A DNA stretch of 64,000 bases from Lama glama (lineage: Eukaryota). This document shows, piece by piece, positions 12,251 to 24,946 of this stretch (position 1 is its first letter; each line of letters starts with the position of its first letter). The stretch is taken from the NCBI GenBank assembly GCA_028534125.1, contig CM052823.1, positions 86,924,001-86,988,000 of the forward strand, read 5' to 3'. A program made the position numbers and the translations under genes. The notes beneath the pieces are model-generated. The model saw nothing but the letters and a program-made list of their open reading frames with translations, ran no database searches and was not told where the DNA came from.

Positions 12251-14848
12251 TTGAACAAGGGGCCCTGCATTTTGCACTGGGCACTTTGCACTGGGCACCC
12301 CCCAAATTAGGTAGCTGGTGCCAGCACTCAGAGATAGAATCACCTGCCCACAGTAATCCAGCTGTTGGGATCTGTACCAGTTGACCTCTCTGCTGCCAGG
12401 GGTCTGAGAATTTTCTAGATCAAGAGGGAGTGGGATGGACAAAGTACATACAGAGTGGGGTGTTCAAGTCACAGGGAGCTACGGGATCCCAATAGCAGGC
12501 GGTGGTGAGGGCAAGGGTTTGAGGGGCCTGGGCTATGGGGGCCTCACCTGGTTACCCCCCAGGATATTTCTGCACCAGTGTGGGTTTCTTCCCGAGAGGT
12601 GATGAGACAGGCTGGTGGAGGGCAGTTGTAAGGTACTGGGTTTTTATGGCTTTACACTGTGTCCACGTAGAAAGTCTGAGGCAGGAGGTTTGCCAATAAA
12701 ACTCAAATTGTATTTGGAAGTAAAAGAGAAATGGAGGTACCCCGAGTTCCCCCAGCTCTGGGAGCCTGCAGGGCAGGACAGTGCCCGCACGTGGGCTCCC
12801 TCGAAGCACCCCGCCAGCTGCCGCAGACCAGCTTCCCTGCCCCTCTGACGCATGCCTGGGCTGTCCCCGTCTGACCCCCAAAGGGCCGATTTTGTTCTCT
12901 GGGGTCTCAGATTCAACAGGGAAGTTGAATTGAATCAGCGAACTTTGGCACTTGAAGCCGAAGGTGAAAACCCGGGCTGAGACAGGAACCCCGCGGAGCA
13001 GCCCCGGGGCCTGGTTCACACGTGAATTCAGTTCAGCCCTCAGCGGTGCAGACCTGCAGGCGGGGAGGATGTGGGGGGCCTCTTTCCTGGGGACCCAGGT
13101 ACCCAGCTGCAAGATCTTGCACAAACAGCGTTGTTTTAGAATCTTTCCAGGGGCAGCATGAAAAGCCGAGCTTTCCCACCCCAGGGGGTCTCTGAGGACG
13201 AAAACAAACAAACTTAATTCAGAGCCTGACTTTGTGATAAAACAAAAGAGGACTTGGAATGGGAGCAAAGTTCAGAGTGTTTTGTTGCAGAAACTGGTTC
13301 CCTCTTGAAAATGCGGACTGATTTTATAAGCTGCTTATAAGCCAGCCCTCCCCTCCCCTCGCAGACAGACACTTTTCACGGTCCTTCCCTCCAAGGGCAC
13401 AGGGAACCAGAATTCTCCCACCCACACTCGGTTCCCTGCCAGAGATCTGAGTGGTTTCCCCGCCCTGCCTCCTTGAAGTTTCATCTTTTACGGTTGTTGG
13501 GGCTTCCTTTATGGGGGTCGGGCCGGGCTAGGCAAGGCACCCCAATGCCTCTGGGGTACAGTCTGAATGATCAGGGCCGGTGGAGATCAATGCAGTGGCC
13601 TCAATGTGGCTCTCAGAAGCTGTAGCTGCCTGCAAGGTGTTTTTAAGAAGGGAGCTTGGACTACAGGGCACTGAGGCCTGGGGAGAAAAGCCAGTGCCCC
13701 TGGGCCCAGGGGACCTGGAACAATCTTGCCGGGGCTGCAGGGCAAGAAAGATGCTGATGGAAGCGGGGGCCCTTGCCCACTGGAGGAGTACATCCTGGTA
13801 GGTGCTGGGGAAGCTGCCTGTCGGGGAGACCCTGAGCACACCTGCACATTAGGGCCCCGGTAAAAGTTTGTTTTATGTCAGGATTACAAGAGGAGCTCAT
13901 TTTTTCAGGACTGGTCTGAATCCTGCATGAGATACAAGGCTGGAAGCCTTACCCACCTCAGCCCGGGCCTCCACTTTGTTCCACTGGAGACGTGGGGCCA
14001 AGCAGGCCAGGGTCAGGGCGCCAAGGCCGAGAGAAAGTCCTTCCTGCCGGGCCCAGCAGGCCTATCCCTGGAGAAGGTTGCTTATGACCCAGCTGGGCGG
14101 CCACTGACTCCTTATACTCCCCTCCCCCTAAACCCCTCCGGGGTTGGGGCCCCCAGGGACTCCTCCGAAGAGCAGAGGGAGCAGATGAGGCAGCACGAAG
14201 GGCAGACGGAAAATGGCTCTGAGTCAGGCCATCCGGTGAGGATTCCCGCACTGCGTTGCTGTGTGGCCTCTCTGACTTGGGGTGTGTCCTCTGAGAATGG
14301 GGTTATTTAATTCTCCCTCCTGGACTTGGGACAGTGGAGATGCAGACCGGGTGAAGAGCACCCAGCACCCAGCACCTCCCATCCTCTGGGGACTCAGCCA
14401 GGGTGAACAGCCCTATTCCAGGATCACCCTTCATTATTTGCAGGGCATTTAGAAAATACTGTGTGTTGTGGTGGTGGGAGTGCATGGGAGAAACTATATA
14501 TATAAGTGTGTGCATTTTCAGGGCTGCATAGGGCCATAGGTAGCTGTTACAAGGCATGGTGTTTGAAAACCCACTGCCTTCCCTGAAGGTGGGCAGCGTG
14601 TGCTGGAGCAGTGATCCCCACATTGCCACATCCTAGGGCCCCTTTGAATGTCCAGCCTATAGGTTGCAACCCTGAGAGCGTAATGCAAAGTCCCTGTCTC
14701 TAGAGAGACGTGAACTTGACTCCCAGCTTTGCACCTCCCAGGTGAGGACTGTGGACACATTACCTGACTCTCAGGCCTTAGCTCTCCTTAAATGGGAATC
14801 ACCAAGAGGATTAACAGTTGAGATCGTGCATTTAAAGTGCTTTATACT

Positions 14849-15346
14849 AGCAACCTCAATACCCATCAACAGATGATTGGATGAAGAAGTTGTGGTGTAG
14901 ATATTTCTACAGTGGAATACTACTCAGCCATAAAAAAGAAACGAAGTCCTACCATTTGCAGCAACATGGTTGGACCTAGAGATTATCATACTAAATGAAG
15001 TAAGTCAAAGACAAATGTCATGTGACATCACTTATATGTCGGACCTAAAAAAATTATACAAACAAATTTATTAACAAAACAGAAATAGACTCACAGACAT
15101 AGATAACAAACTTAAGGTTACCAAAGGGCAAAGGGTAAGGAAGGGATAAATTAGGAATTTGAGATTAGCAGATACAAATTACAGTATATAAAATAGATAA
15201 CAAGATTGTACTGTAGCACAGAACTATATCCAATAACTTGTAATAATGAAAAAGAATATATTTATATAACTGGATCAGTACACTGTAGACTGGAATCTGC
15301 CACAACATTGTAAATCAACTATACTTAAATAAAAAATTTAAAAATT
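14849..15346 (+). mobile_element. 5'-truncated L1 (ORF2 end plus 3'UTR, artiodactyl/camelid type) inserted in a MIR
   Basis: gaatactactcagccataaaaaagaa...ccatttgcagcaacatgg, 3'UTR ending aaatcaactatacttaaataaaaaa. TSD aagtgctttat (14835-14845) / aagtgcttcat (15347-15357). Confidence 0.88.
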
Positions 15347-15659
15347 AAGTGCTTCATCCTCTGCCTGGAATTTGGTGAAGGTTCAGTAAGTGTTGGCTGG
15401 TATATCAATACGACTGGCTGGTTTATTTTATTAATATTACTACTAGTTCTACTAATATTCCTCTTAGTACAATTTCCCCTCAAGTCTCAGACTCTATTGG
15501 CACATTTTATCTTTGCAGATATAATTCTAATTCTGATATGAATGCGAATACTAACATGAATACCCTTATGAACTATACAGGCTGAGTCAATCTATTAAAT
15601 AATTTATATAAATAACAGAGATAAGACTGGATGATGATAATAATATTAGTTTTAAAAAA

Positions 15660-15850
15660 ACCCCAATAAGTGTTACTTAGTGCTTAGTTTTGAATTGGGC
15701 ATTATTTGATGTACTTGAAATTACTCCCAACAGCTCGAGGCAGTAAGCTCTGACTGCATTTCCATTTTACAGATTAGGAGACTGAGGCCCAGGAGATTGA
15801 AGTCACTTGCCTAAGATTTCACAGCTGGCGACTGGCAGAGCTGACATGCA
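15660..15850 (-). mobile_element. MIR SINE
   Basis: tccattttacagattaggagactgaggcccaggagattgaagtcacttgcctaag. Confidence 0.7.
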
Positions 15851-17769
15851 CATGCAGGCAGCCAGCTTTGCTCTGGCCCACGCGCTTTCTTTCTCTTTTT
15901 TTCCTCCCATGCGCTTTCCTGATCCAGCCCCTTGCAGGAGAAACCCAACTGGTCCGAGCAGCCCTATTGCTAATTCCCCCGGTAACCTTGGCAAGTTACT
16001 TTACCTCTTTGGGCCTCAGTTTTTGCATCTGCAGAATCGTGACTTCTGGCCACATGGACTGCGCGTTTCCTGGCCTCCCTCCTCCCCTCGGTGTCATTCT
16101 TTCTTGGTATTCCCGCTTCTTAGGGGTAAGCCACCCCCCAAGCAGAGCGGCCGGTCAACTGTCCGGAGGGTGGTGGCAAAACACAGCCCTTGGCCCCAGA
16201 GACCAGCAGCTGAAAGGGCCCCTAGGTGGACCCAGTGCAGGCGGTGGCGGTGGCCAGACCGCCCGTGATGTAATGACCGATTAGGAACTTCCTCTTGGAA
16301 GCCTCGCTTCCTCTAGGGGCCAAAGGTGCTGGAGCTGAGGTGGGGGTGGGGAGGGGCGGGTGGGAGCGAATAAGAGGAAACTCCTGTCAGCTGGGCCCTG
16401 CTTTTGGAAAGAGTTCAGCGGAGAGGCTCGTTCTAAGCTGTTGACCATTAACATGGCCCTATGCACATTCCTTCTCTGCTTTTACTGCCGGAGCCCAGTG
16501 GATAAAGGGCTAGTCTCCCCCTCCCTTGACAAAGAAAAAAAAAAAAGGAGCCTCTAATTAATGCTGCATCTCCGGACTTGCTGCAAAACCTGAAGCCATT
16601 TCTGCAGCTTAAAATGACAAAGGAAGGTTAAGTGGAAACTNNNNNNNNNNNNNNNNNNNNNNNNNNNNNNNNNNNNNNNNNNNNNNNNNNNNNNNNNNNN
16701 NNNNNNNNNNNNNNNNNNNNNNNNNNNNNNNNNNNNNNNNNNNNNNNNNNNNNNNNNNNNNNNNNNNNNNNNGCTGCCGGTTGGACGGGAACTTAAAGCC
16801 ACAGGCATGACATGGGACAGAAGAAAGGCGTTTTCCAGGAGGGCAGGAGGCCCCAGCGGGGCCCTGTGCGAAGGGGATCGGAAAAGCCAGCCCTCGGCCC
16901 CTCTCTGGCTCTGCCACCAACTTGCTGGGTGACCCTGGGCGAGTCACTTAACTTCTCTGGGCCTCTGAGTCTCCGAGTCTCCCTTCCCAGCTCTCAGTGG
17001 GGTCTGCTGCTGCTTCTTTGCTCTCTGAGGTGTGGCTGAGCCAGCCCTTTCCACCCAGCCCCAGGAGAGGCAGAGGCTGCTGTGGCCCAAGGCAGTGTGA
17101 AGCAGCAGCCAGAGCTTTGAACTTGGAGGAGTATGAGCGATCCAGCTCATGCAGACTCTGAGCCTTACATCGACCTTCCTTCAAGTCTAAGGGGTGGGAG
17201 ACTTGAATTTGGGCACATCTCTGGTTCGCCTCCCAGGATGGATGAGTCCAAGGCGGTCTGGCCCACTGGAAAGGGGGGAATCACAAAGAAAACAAGCTGC
17301 CTTGCGTGCACGCAGGCTTTGGGAGCGTGCAGCCCACGGGAGAGCACAAAGGAACGTTCCTGCCCTTTGTTTTGACAGAAAACTGCTGATTCGAAGAAGC
17401 TAAAGGCTTTTCTTAGGATTTCAGCTCTCCCCGCCTCCCTCAGACTGCAGTTGGCCCCCTTGGTGCCCCAGCACCCCCACAAAATTACACGTTGGGCTCA
17501 CAGCACCCTCCCTGGGCAGAGAGACCACGAGGAGGGAATGCCAGCCATTGGAGGGGCCGGCTCCAGTGCAGGGGAGAGGACCCACTGGCGGGCCAGCCGT
17601 CTCCTGCCCACCGCAGCCATCCACCACCCTCTGGTGGCAGGAATGTGGGTGTCACCGGGAGGCCAGGCCAGGGTGGAAACACAGGGGCTGTCCCCTGCGC
17701 TGCCTCGGAGCGCTGCTGGGGCCACTCCAGGACAGCCACGGAGGGCTGGCCTCGCAGTGCACGTCCAAC

Positions 17770-18520
17770 TTTCTTCATTGTAATTCTTTCACGGCATCCT
17801 ACCTACAATGAGACACACACAGCTCCCTAGTGACAACCCGGGTTCCTATGGTACCAGTCAAGATAACAGATGTTTCCAGCACCCCGGAAAGTTCCCTTAT
17901 AAAAGCGCCTTCTCCATCACCCCTGCTCCCCAGAGGAGTATCTCTGCTCTGATTTCTGTCACCATAGGTTAGTTTCGTCTACTCAAGAATTTCATATAAA
18001 TGGAAACAAACAGCACATTCTTTTTCGCTCAGTACAGTGCATCTGAGATTCACCCACATTGTTGTGTATGTCAGTAGTTTTCCTTTTATTGGTGAGTTGT
18101 GTTCTGCCGTATAGATGCACTTTATTTTTGTTTATCCATTGTCAGTCTGGGCAACGATACCATAAATTGGGTGGCTTAAATAATGCATCTATTTCTCACA
18201 GTTCTGGAGGCTGGGAAGTCCAAGATCAAGGTGCCCCTGGAGTTGGTAGTGAGAGCCATTTCCTGGTTCATAGATGGCTGAGTTCTTGCTGTCTTCACGT
18301 GGGTGAGGGAGCTCTCTGGGGTCTCTTTTAAAGGGCACTGATCCCCATTCATGAGGGTTCTAGCCTCATGAACAATCACCTCCCAAAGATCCTACCTTCT
18401 GTCACACTGGGGGTTAGGATTTCCAACATATGAATTTGGAGGGGCACAAACATTCAGTCCATAACATCCATCCTCCTGTTGATGGGCTTCTGAGCTGCTT
18501 TCCAAGTTAGGGTGATGACA
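17770..18520 (-). mobile_element. Old L1 (L1MB/ME-type) 3' fragment interrupted by MLT1A
   Basis: ctgatttctgtcaccataggttagtt...gaatttcatataaatggaa...tgagattcacccacattgttgtgtat; resumes as cctcctgttgatgggc after the LTR. Confidence 0.65.
18140..18466 (-). mobile_element. MaLR solo LTR (MLT1A-like)
   Basis: TG...CA termini, 5-bp TSD tccat (18135-18139 / 18467-18471). Diagnostic tttctcacagttctggaggctgggaagtccaagatcaaggtg and aacattcagtccataaca. Confidence 0.88.
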
Positions 18521-19128
18521 ACATTCACGAAATCACAGAAACGTAGAACCCATTGTTCAGATGGGAAGACTGAGGCCAGGAGAAGGGAGCTAACCTGCCT
18601 GGTCAGGGCCAGGAGGCAGGACACCTGGCTGCAGGACTCCTGAGCCGCGGCCTGGCGCTGCCCTGCCAGATCGACGACCCCAGCCATCGCGCCAGACCGC
18701 GCCCCTCCTCTCCCTCTCCCCCTCCCCCCGGAACCCTCCCCGCCGGGACCCAGAGTCTGGCTGGGAACTAGGCCAGGCTCTGAGCAGGGGGTAGTGAGCA
18801 GGAGTTTCGGTCAGAGCGCGGTCATCTTTGATGTTGTTCACTCGGGTCTGACTCCCTGGTATTTATTTGCAATTAAGGAGCTGGTTCCTAATTAGGCTGA
18901 TGGCGGGACCGCAGCCTTGGAGCCACGAGAAGAAAAAGATCTTCTGCAAGAGACGGTTCCCTCGCACCCTGAGGGGCAGCCCAGGCTGCAGACGAGAGGC
19001 GTGGTGGGTGGAGTGGGGCTCTGCGTCTGTGGGAAGTGGAGGGGGGACCCTGGGTTTGGGGGCACCTGCCTTCTCGCTCCCAGAGAGCATGTCAGCTGGT
19101 GTTGAACATATGGCATAAGGTCTGAATA

Positions 19129-19167
19129 CGTGTGTGTGTGTGTGTGGTGTGTGTGTGTGTGTGTGTG
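19129..19167. repeat. Interrupted (TG)n microsatellite
   Basis: Directly visible. Confidence 0.95.
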
Positions 19168-22100
19168 AGTGAACAGAGTCCCAGGAGCACCCATCTTTGT
19201 TCCACACATTCAGTTACTCATTGCTTCATCCCTCATTCCTTTTCTTACAGAGCACCTCTCTGCCCCTCAGGTACCACGCTGGGAGCTAAACCTTAACATG
19301 TGTAAAGTGCTTTACAGTTTACAAAGGGCATTGCTATCTACTGTCCTACGGTAACCGCCCATGGCGATGACCTTGGGTCATGACCCCCGAACACCCCTAA
19401 AGAGCCCTGGCCCCGGAAGGGTTAGGCCAGCGCTGGGACGAATAAACATCAACTTCTCTCTGCTCCCAACCGATCTGCTGCCGGAGTTGTCCATTTTACA
19501 AATGGGGAGACTGAGGCTTGGGGACATTGAGTGGCTCATTCATGGTCATACATCCAGTCAGTGGTGAGAGCTTAGGTCTGTCTCACTTGGAAAGCTTTTG
19601 GATCACGTGACATGCATTAGATTAGAATTCCGGGGTCTTCAGTTCTGCCACCCAGTGCTGTGTGTCCTTAGGCGAGGTACCCTGGACCCCTGGGAGCCAT
19701 CTTAGGGGCACAAGGACATTGGACTCACTTGGTGGTTCCCACAGGCCAGTCTCGGGACTAAGTTGTCATTAGCCCACAGTGAAAGAAAGAAGAAAATTTC
19801 TTAAAATCTAAATGTATGAGCTTTAAATTTCTGACTTAGGTCCTACGTCTTTTGTTAGTATCAGATTATACTTTCTTTTGTGTAGTGACAGGAGGCGGTC
19901 ATGGGGTTTTTAGTAAATCTGTATGTGACAAAATAAAACCGTGGTAACCCTGTGACGTTCCCAGCCCTTCTGTTAAATAGTGTGTTGGTCTGTAAAAGCC
20001 CAAAGCATTGGGGCTCCCTGGACAAGATGATGCCAGAGGGGACCCTCAGCCTCTGGAGCCCCGAGACCCCAAGAGCTAGGTGGGGATGGGGAGCCCCAGC
20101 CTGGTGATGGCCTCACCTGCTGGCTTGCTCTCTCCGGACCAGACCTGAGACACTGGTCCTTGCCCAGTGTCCCCCTGGGCCTGAGGCCATCGGCCCCACC
20201 TACTGGGCAGGATTCCCATGGCGGGTAGGGGTGAGGGCAGTGTGCCGACACTTGGGCTGTATTTTATTTCCTTCCCCCTCCCCTTGTAGCACGTTCTAAG
20301 CGCACCCAAGGGGTATATGCAGACTTGGGACAGACGCAGAGAGGACTGAGACCCACCCCTTCCTACATGAGAGTCGAGGCCAGCCAGGGGCACTGACCAG
20401 CAGCACAGACACCTGCTCAGGCCAAGGGAGGGGCTACATTTAAGGCTCTAGGTGCACGGGACGGAGAGGTCAGAGAGGGCTTCTCAGAGGCAGCAGTCTA
20501 TCTCCTGGAATTTGGACGACTTGGCCCGCAGCCTAGGCCTGATGAGGTGTTACCCAGTCTGCTCAACCAAAGAGGCCGTGGGAGGTGAGGCCTGGCCCAG
20601 GGAAGCGTCCCTGAGCCAGACAGTTGGGGTAGGCTGAACCCTAGGGCACAGGGTACCATCCCCGTGAGGAGCCCTGGGGCAAGGCCAGGACACAGATCTT
20701 GATGAGGTGGGAGGAGAGGACGGGAGGGCATTTGGCGGGGCTGGGGTGGGAGGTGCTGAGACTCAGAGGGGGACAGGAAGGCACACTTGGCCTTGAATTA
20801 AAAGCCTTTTAGGAGCTGGGAGAGAGGAAGTGCCCCACCCCCTCAGTCCAATTACCCCACACTCCCTGACCGTTAAAACTGCCTCTTTGCCTTTTAACAA
20901 TGGAGTGGCTACACCCTGGGACAGAGCTGCCACTTTCAGACTAGGGCGCCCCTCTCTGAGCCTTATCTGAAGGGGGGAGTAACAGGAATCCCTCCCTCAG
21001 TAAGACTGTGTGTCTTCAGGAAGCTGGTGGGTAAGCACCATGAGAGCAGCCGTGGTTACAGAGAGGGAAACTGAGGCCTAGCAGATGGGGAGACTTGCTT
21101 GGTACATGGGTTTCATGGGGAGCCTGCAGGGAGTATGGAGGAGGGCTCCCCTCGCGAGTGTGGCTCCAGCACTCACTAGTGTGTACCCTCGACCCATATA
21201 GCACCTCCCTGGGCCTCAGTTTCCACTTCTGTGAGATGGGGTGATAACAGAGGTGGACCAGGGCTGGTATACAGAAGGCACCCAGCTCATGGAAGGCACC
21301 CCGGGATGCCTGTTGCCCATCTTGTCACCGCACGTTCTTCGGGCACAGCGTCATTGCTTCCCTACCTCTCTGTGCCCAAGGCACTCAAGGAATTCTTGTT
21401 GCTGGGGGAGAAGGTTGATGCTGCAGTTTCATGGCCAGGGATGGGATGTGGTGCTCTCCTAGCTCTTGGGAACGCTCAGGCCAGTGCCGGAGGGATGGGT
21501 GAAGAAGAGGGCAGTGGTTTGGGGTGTTCCTGGCTGCCCACCTGCTGGGACTGGCTTAGTGTCCGCACCTGCATCACCCACTGAGGGCTAGAGCTGTCTC
21601 TTTGCCTGCTGGCTAAGGAGGAAGTCAGCTGAGGGCAGAGAGCAGAGCCTCTTTCCAACCCCCGCCCAGAACATCAGCTGGAACCATGAGGGGCCTGGAT
21701 GGGGACTGTGAGACAGAATGATATGTCCTTGGCGGGGGGGGGGGGCAGAGGGGGGCTGGGGACCTGTGGCTGGGACCTTAATGCCAGGCAGAGGGTGAGG
21801 AGCATGCCCTCTGGGGCTGTGCCCAGGCCTGGGCCACAGTAGAGCGGGCAGCCTACAGGAGGCCCCTTAGGAGGACAGTTTCCTGCCAGGGGCTAGGAGG
21901 GCCAGCCCTAAGAGGACATCAGGGGCCCTGTCACCCTGCGGCTCTGGGGCTTCCAGACGGGGCTGGGCTGAAGGCAGACAGAGCTGACCTCACCCAAGCT
22001 CCTGCATGAAGTTGTCAGCAGTGCTTTCTCCCTTGGGTTTGACTGGACTTTGATCAGTTTCACTTGGAGAAGCTGCGCCATTAAGGGCCTCCGGCAGGTC

Positions 22101-23014
22101 CTCATCCGGCCTCCAGCGGACCTCCTCCCTCTGCAAAAGCCCCAGCCCAGCCTGTGTGGGAACCCATCACCCCGCTGGGCAGTCATGGGTGCCCACCTGC
22201 TTCTCAGAGCCGAGAGCTCAAAGGAGAGGCCAGATGTCAAAACCCTGCAGATCCTGAGAGCCGGCCACACACAAAAGCAGTGAGGAGGGGGCTGCCCTTC
22301 AAGACAGGCCCCGGCTTCTGTGTGGTGTAGGTCTGCGCTCAGAAAACTCTTACATTCACACAGTCAGGCAGAGCTGCCCCGAGCTGGAGTGAGAAGGGAT
22401 TCCACACATCATTCCAGACATTCCTTTTGGCTGTCTGGGGAAACTGAGGCCCAGAGAGGAGCCGCACACATCTGTGAGGGCTGGCGACCTGCAGCCCTTG
22501 AGGAGCGATTTCCTTCAGCGCTTAGAGGCCCTCAGCTTCTCTGTCTCACAGGGGGTGCTGTGGTTCTGGTGGAAACCTGCACTTCCTGCCAACAGAGGAA
22601 ACTAGAGGACCGGGGGTTGGGGGTTACTGGGAGACTCCGCAAAATGCTCAAGGCTGAGGCTGAGACCACGATTCCGGGCTGGAACGGATCGAGGAGGCCA
22701 TGTTCCTGACTCTACCCCGCCCTGAGTCCCCTCTATGGGGTGATTTAGGCCCCCGAATAGTTCAAGTTGAGGCTTGGACTGACCGGGTGCAAATCCTGGT
22801 TGGTGCCCCTCACTGACTGTATGGCTTTGGGCAGGCTGCTGGTGTCTGCCAAACCTTGGATCCTCACCTGTAAAATGAGAAGGTGGCCTCCTCAGAGCTG
22901 TGGGAGGACCCAGCGAGTCCCCTGTAGACGGAGAAGTGCAGGGCACAGCACCTGGAACGGTGGAGGGGCTCAGCGTTCCTCCCTCCTTTGGATGTACGGG
23001 TGCACGTCCTGCTG

Positions 23015-23022
23015 GCGCACGC

Positions 23023-23053
<31 letters not shown>

Positions 23054-23064
23054 TGTGTGTGTAC
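23015..23064. repeat. Compound (GC)8(GT)13 alternating purine-pyrimidine tract
   Basis: gcgcac(gc)8(gt)13ac, 50 bp of unbroken alternation. Confidence 0.95.
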
Positions 23065-23158
23065 CTACAACATCTGGCGCACAGTAGGTGCCTTGCCTTC
23101 TCTGTAGGTCCTTCGTGTGTGTCTGGGGGTGGGGGGCGCCCCTGTGTGTTAAATTTGA

Positions 23159-23821
<663 letters not shown>

Positions 23822-24255
23822 CGCCCCGCCGCCCAACCCCCGCCCCGCCGCCGCTGGGGCTTAGGGCCCAGAGACGCAGCCCCTCCCCCCGGACGANNNN
23901 NNNNNNNNNNNNNNNNNNNNNNNNNNNNNNNNNNNNNNNNNNNNNNNNNNNNNNNNNNNNNNNNNNNNNNNNNNNNNNNNNNNNNNNNNNNNNNNNNNNN
24001 NNNNNNNNNNNNNNNNNNNNNNNNNNNNNNNNNNNNNNNNNNNNNNNNNNNNNNNNNNNNNNNNNNNNNNNNNNNNNNNNNNNNTCTTTCTTTTCTTCCT
24101 TCCTCTTTTTTTTTTTTTTTTTTTTTAAGAAAATGATACAGCAGAGCTAGGTGGAAAAGCCTGGGTTTGGTGTATGGTTTCTGAAATATTAATGGCCCAG
24201 ACAAAAAGCTAATACCAGTCACACGTTGATAATAAAGTATTCGCAATATAGTTTT
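23822..24255 (+). other. SMAD6: SMAD6 3'UTR (partly gapped, 23897-24084)
   Basis: Lies between the stop codon and the poly(A) signal. GC-rich proximal part, U-rich distal part. Exact cleavage site inferred. Confidence 0.8.
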
Positions 24256-24280
24256 TTTTTTTTTTAACTGTCTTCTTTTT
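24231..24280 (+). terminator. Polyadenylation signal AATAAA (24231-24236) with downstream U-rich element
   Basis: AATAAA followed ~15 nt later by a long T run and tgtcttcttttt, the canonical 3'-end architecture. Confidence 0.8.
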
Positions 24281-24946
24281 AACAAAGACGGATATGCAGG
24301 GCTCTTCAGTGGGTTTCTAACCCATCAGGCATCCTGAAACTTGGTTTCAGTCTTTTACCAGATAAAGAGGGACAGGATTCAGGGGGAGGAGGGAGGGCCA
24401 TCCTGGGTAAGGTCTCGCCATCAGTGGGGGGGCTCATGCTTTGGCCTGGGGAACTCTCAGTCTGATGGAGATGACTCAGGTCACGCCTCCCACCTCTGAG
24501 CTAGAAGAAGACACTGATTCTCACCACTTTGGGGAAATGGCCTGAGGAAGAAAGACTGAGATGGTGGGTCTTGGACCCACCTACCTGAGCCCCAGGGTGA
24601 AACCCCCTTTAGGACCTAGAGAGTCTACCCTCCCATCCCCCCACCAAACCGCTCAGAACCTGCCTGTCTGGGGCTGTAGTCATGATTTATGCAAAGGCAG
24701 GTGGTTTCTACTCTATAAAAGGGGAAAGTTGAGGTCCTGGAAGGGTAAATGACTAGCTCATGACACAGATCAAAGTTAGAAGTTACATCTAATTGTAGGA
24801 CTGGAGCCACATTAAATCAGTTTTCACTCTTGAGAAAACTCAAAAAAGAAGGCCTTGTTGGCCAAATAACTAATGGGAATGCTACATTGTATATCTTCTT
24901 TCTTGGGAGATTTACATTAGCCTATTAAATGCTCTGAAAAGTCCCA

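Larger units (their letters stand above)
11802..12324 (+). mobile_element. MER91A-like hAT element split by L1 and SINE insertions (halves ~11802-11905 and ~12249-12324)
   Basis: gccggcttcatggg...cagggcccc...tttaatgctct...tgaaa and ttttgaacaaggggccctgcatttt...gcactggg...aaatta.gtagctgg match the two halves of the recalled MER91A consensus. Confidence 0.7.

Noticed and set aside
20938-20950. Canonical BMP response element (AGAC + GGCGCC)
   Set aside because: Spacing is 3 nt rather than the 5 nt of the GGCGCC-N5-GTCT composite. The other GGCGCC sites I inspected also lack correct spacing.
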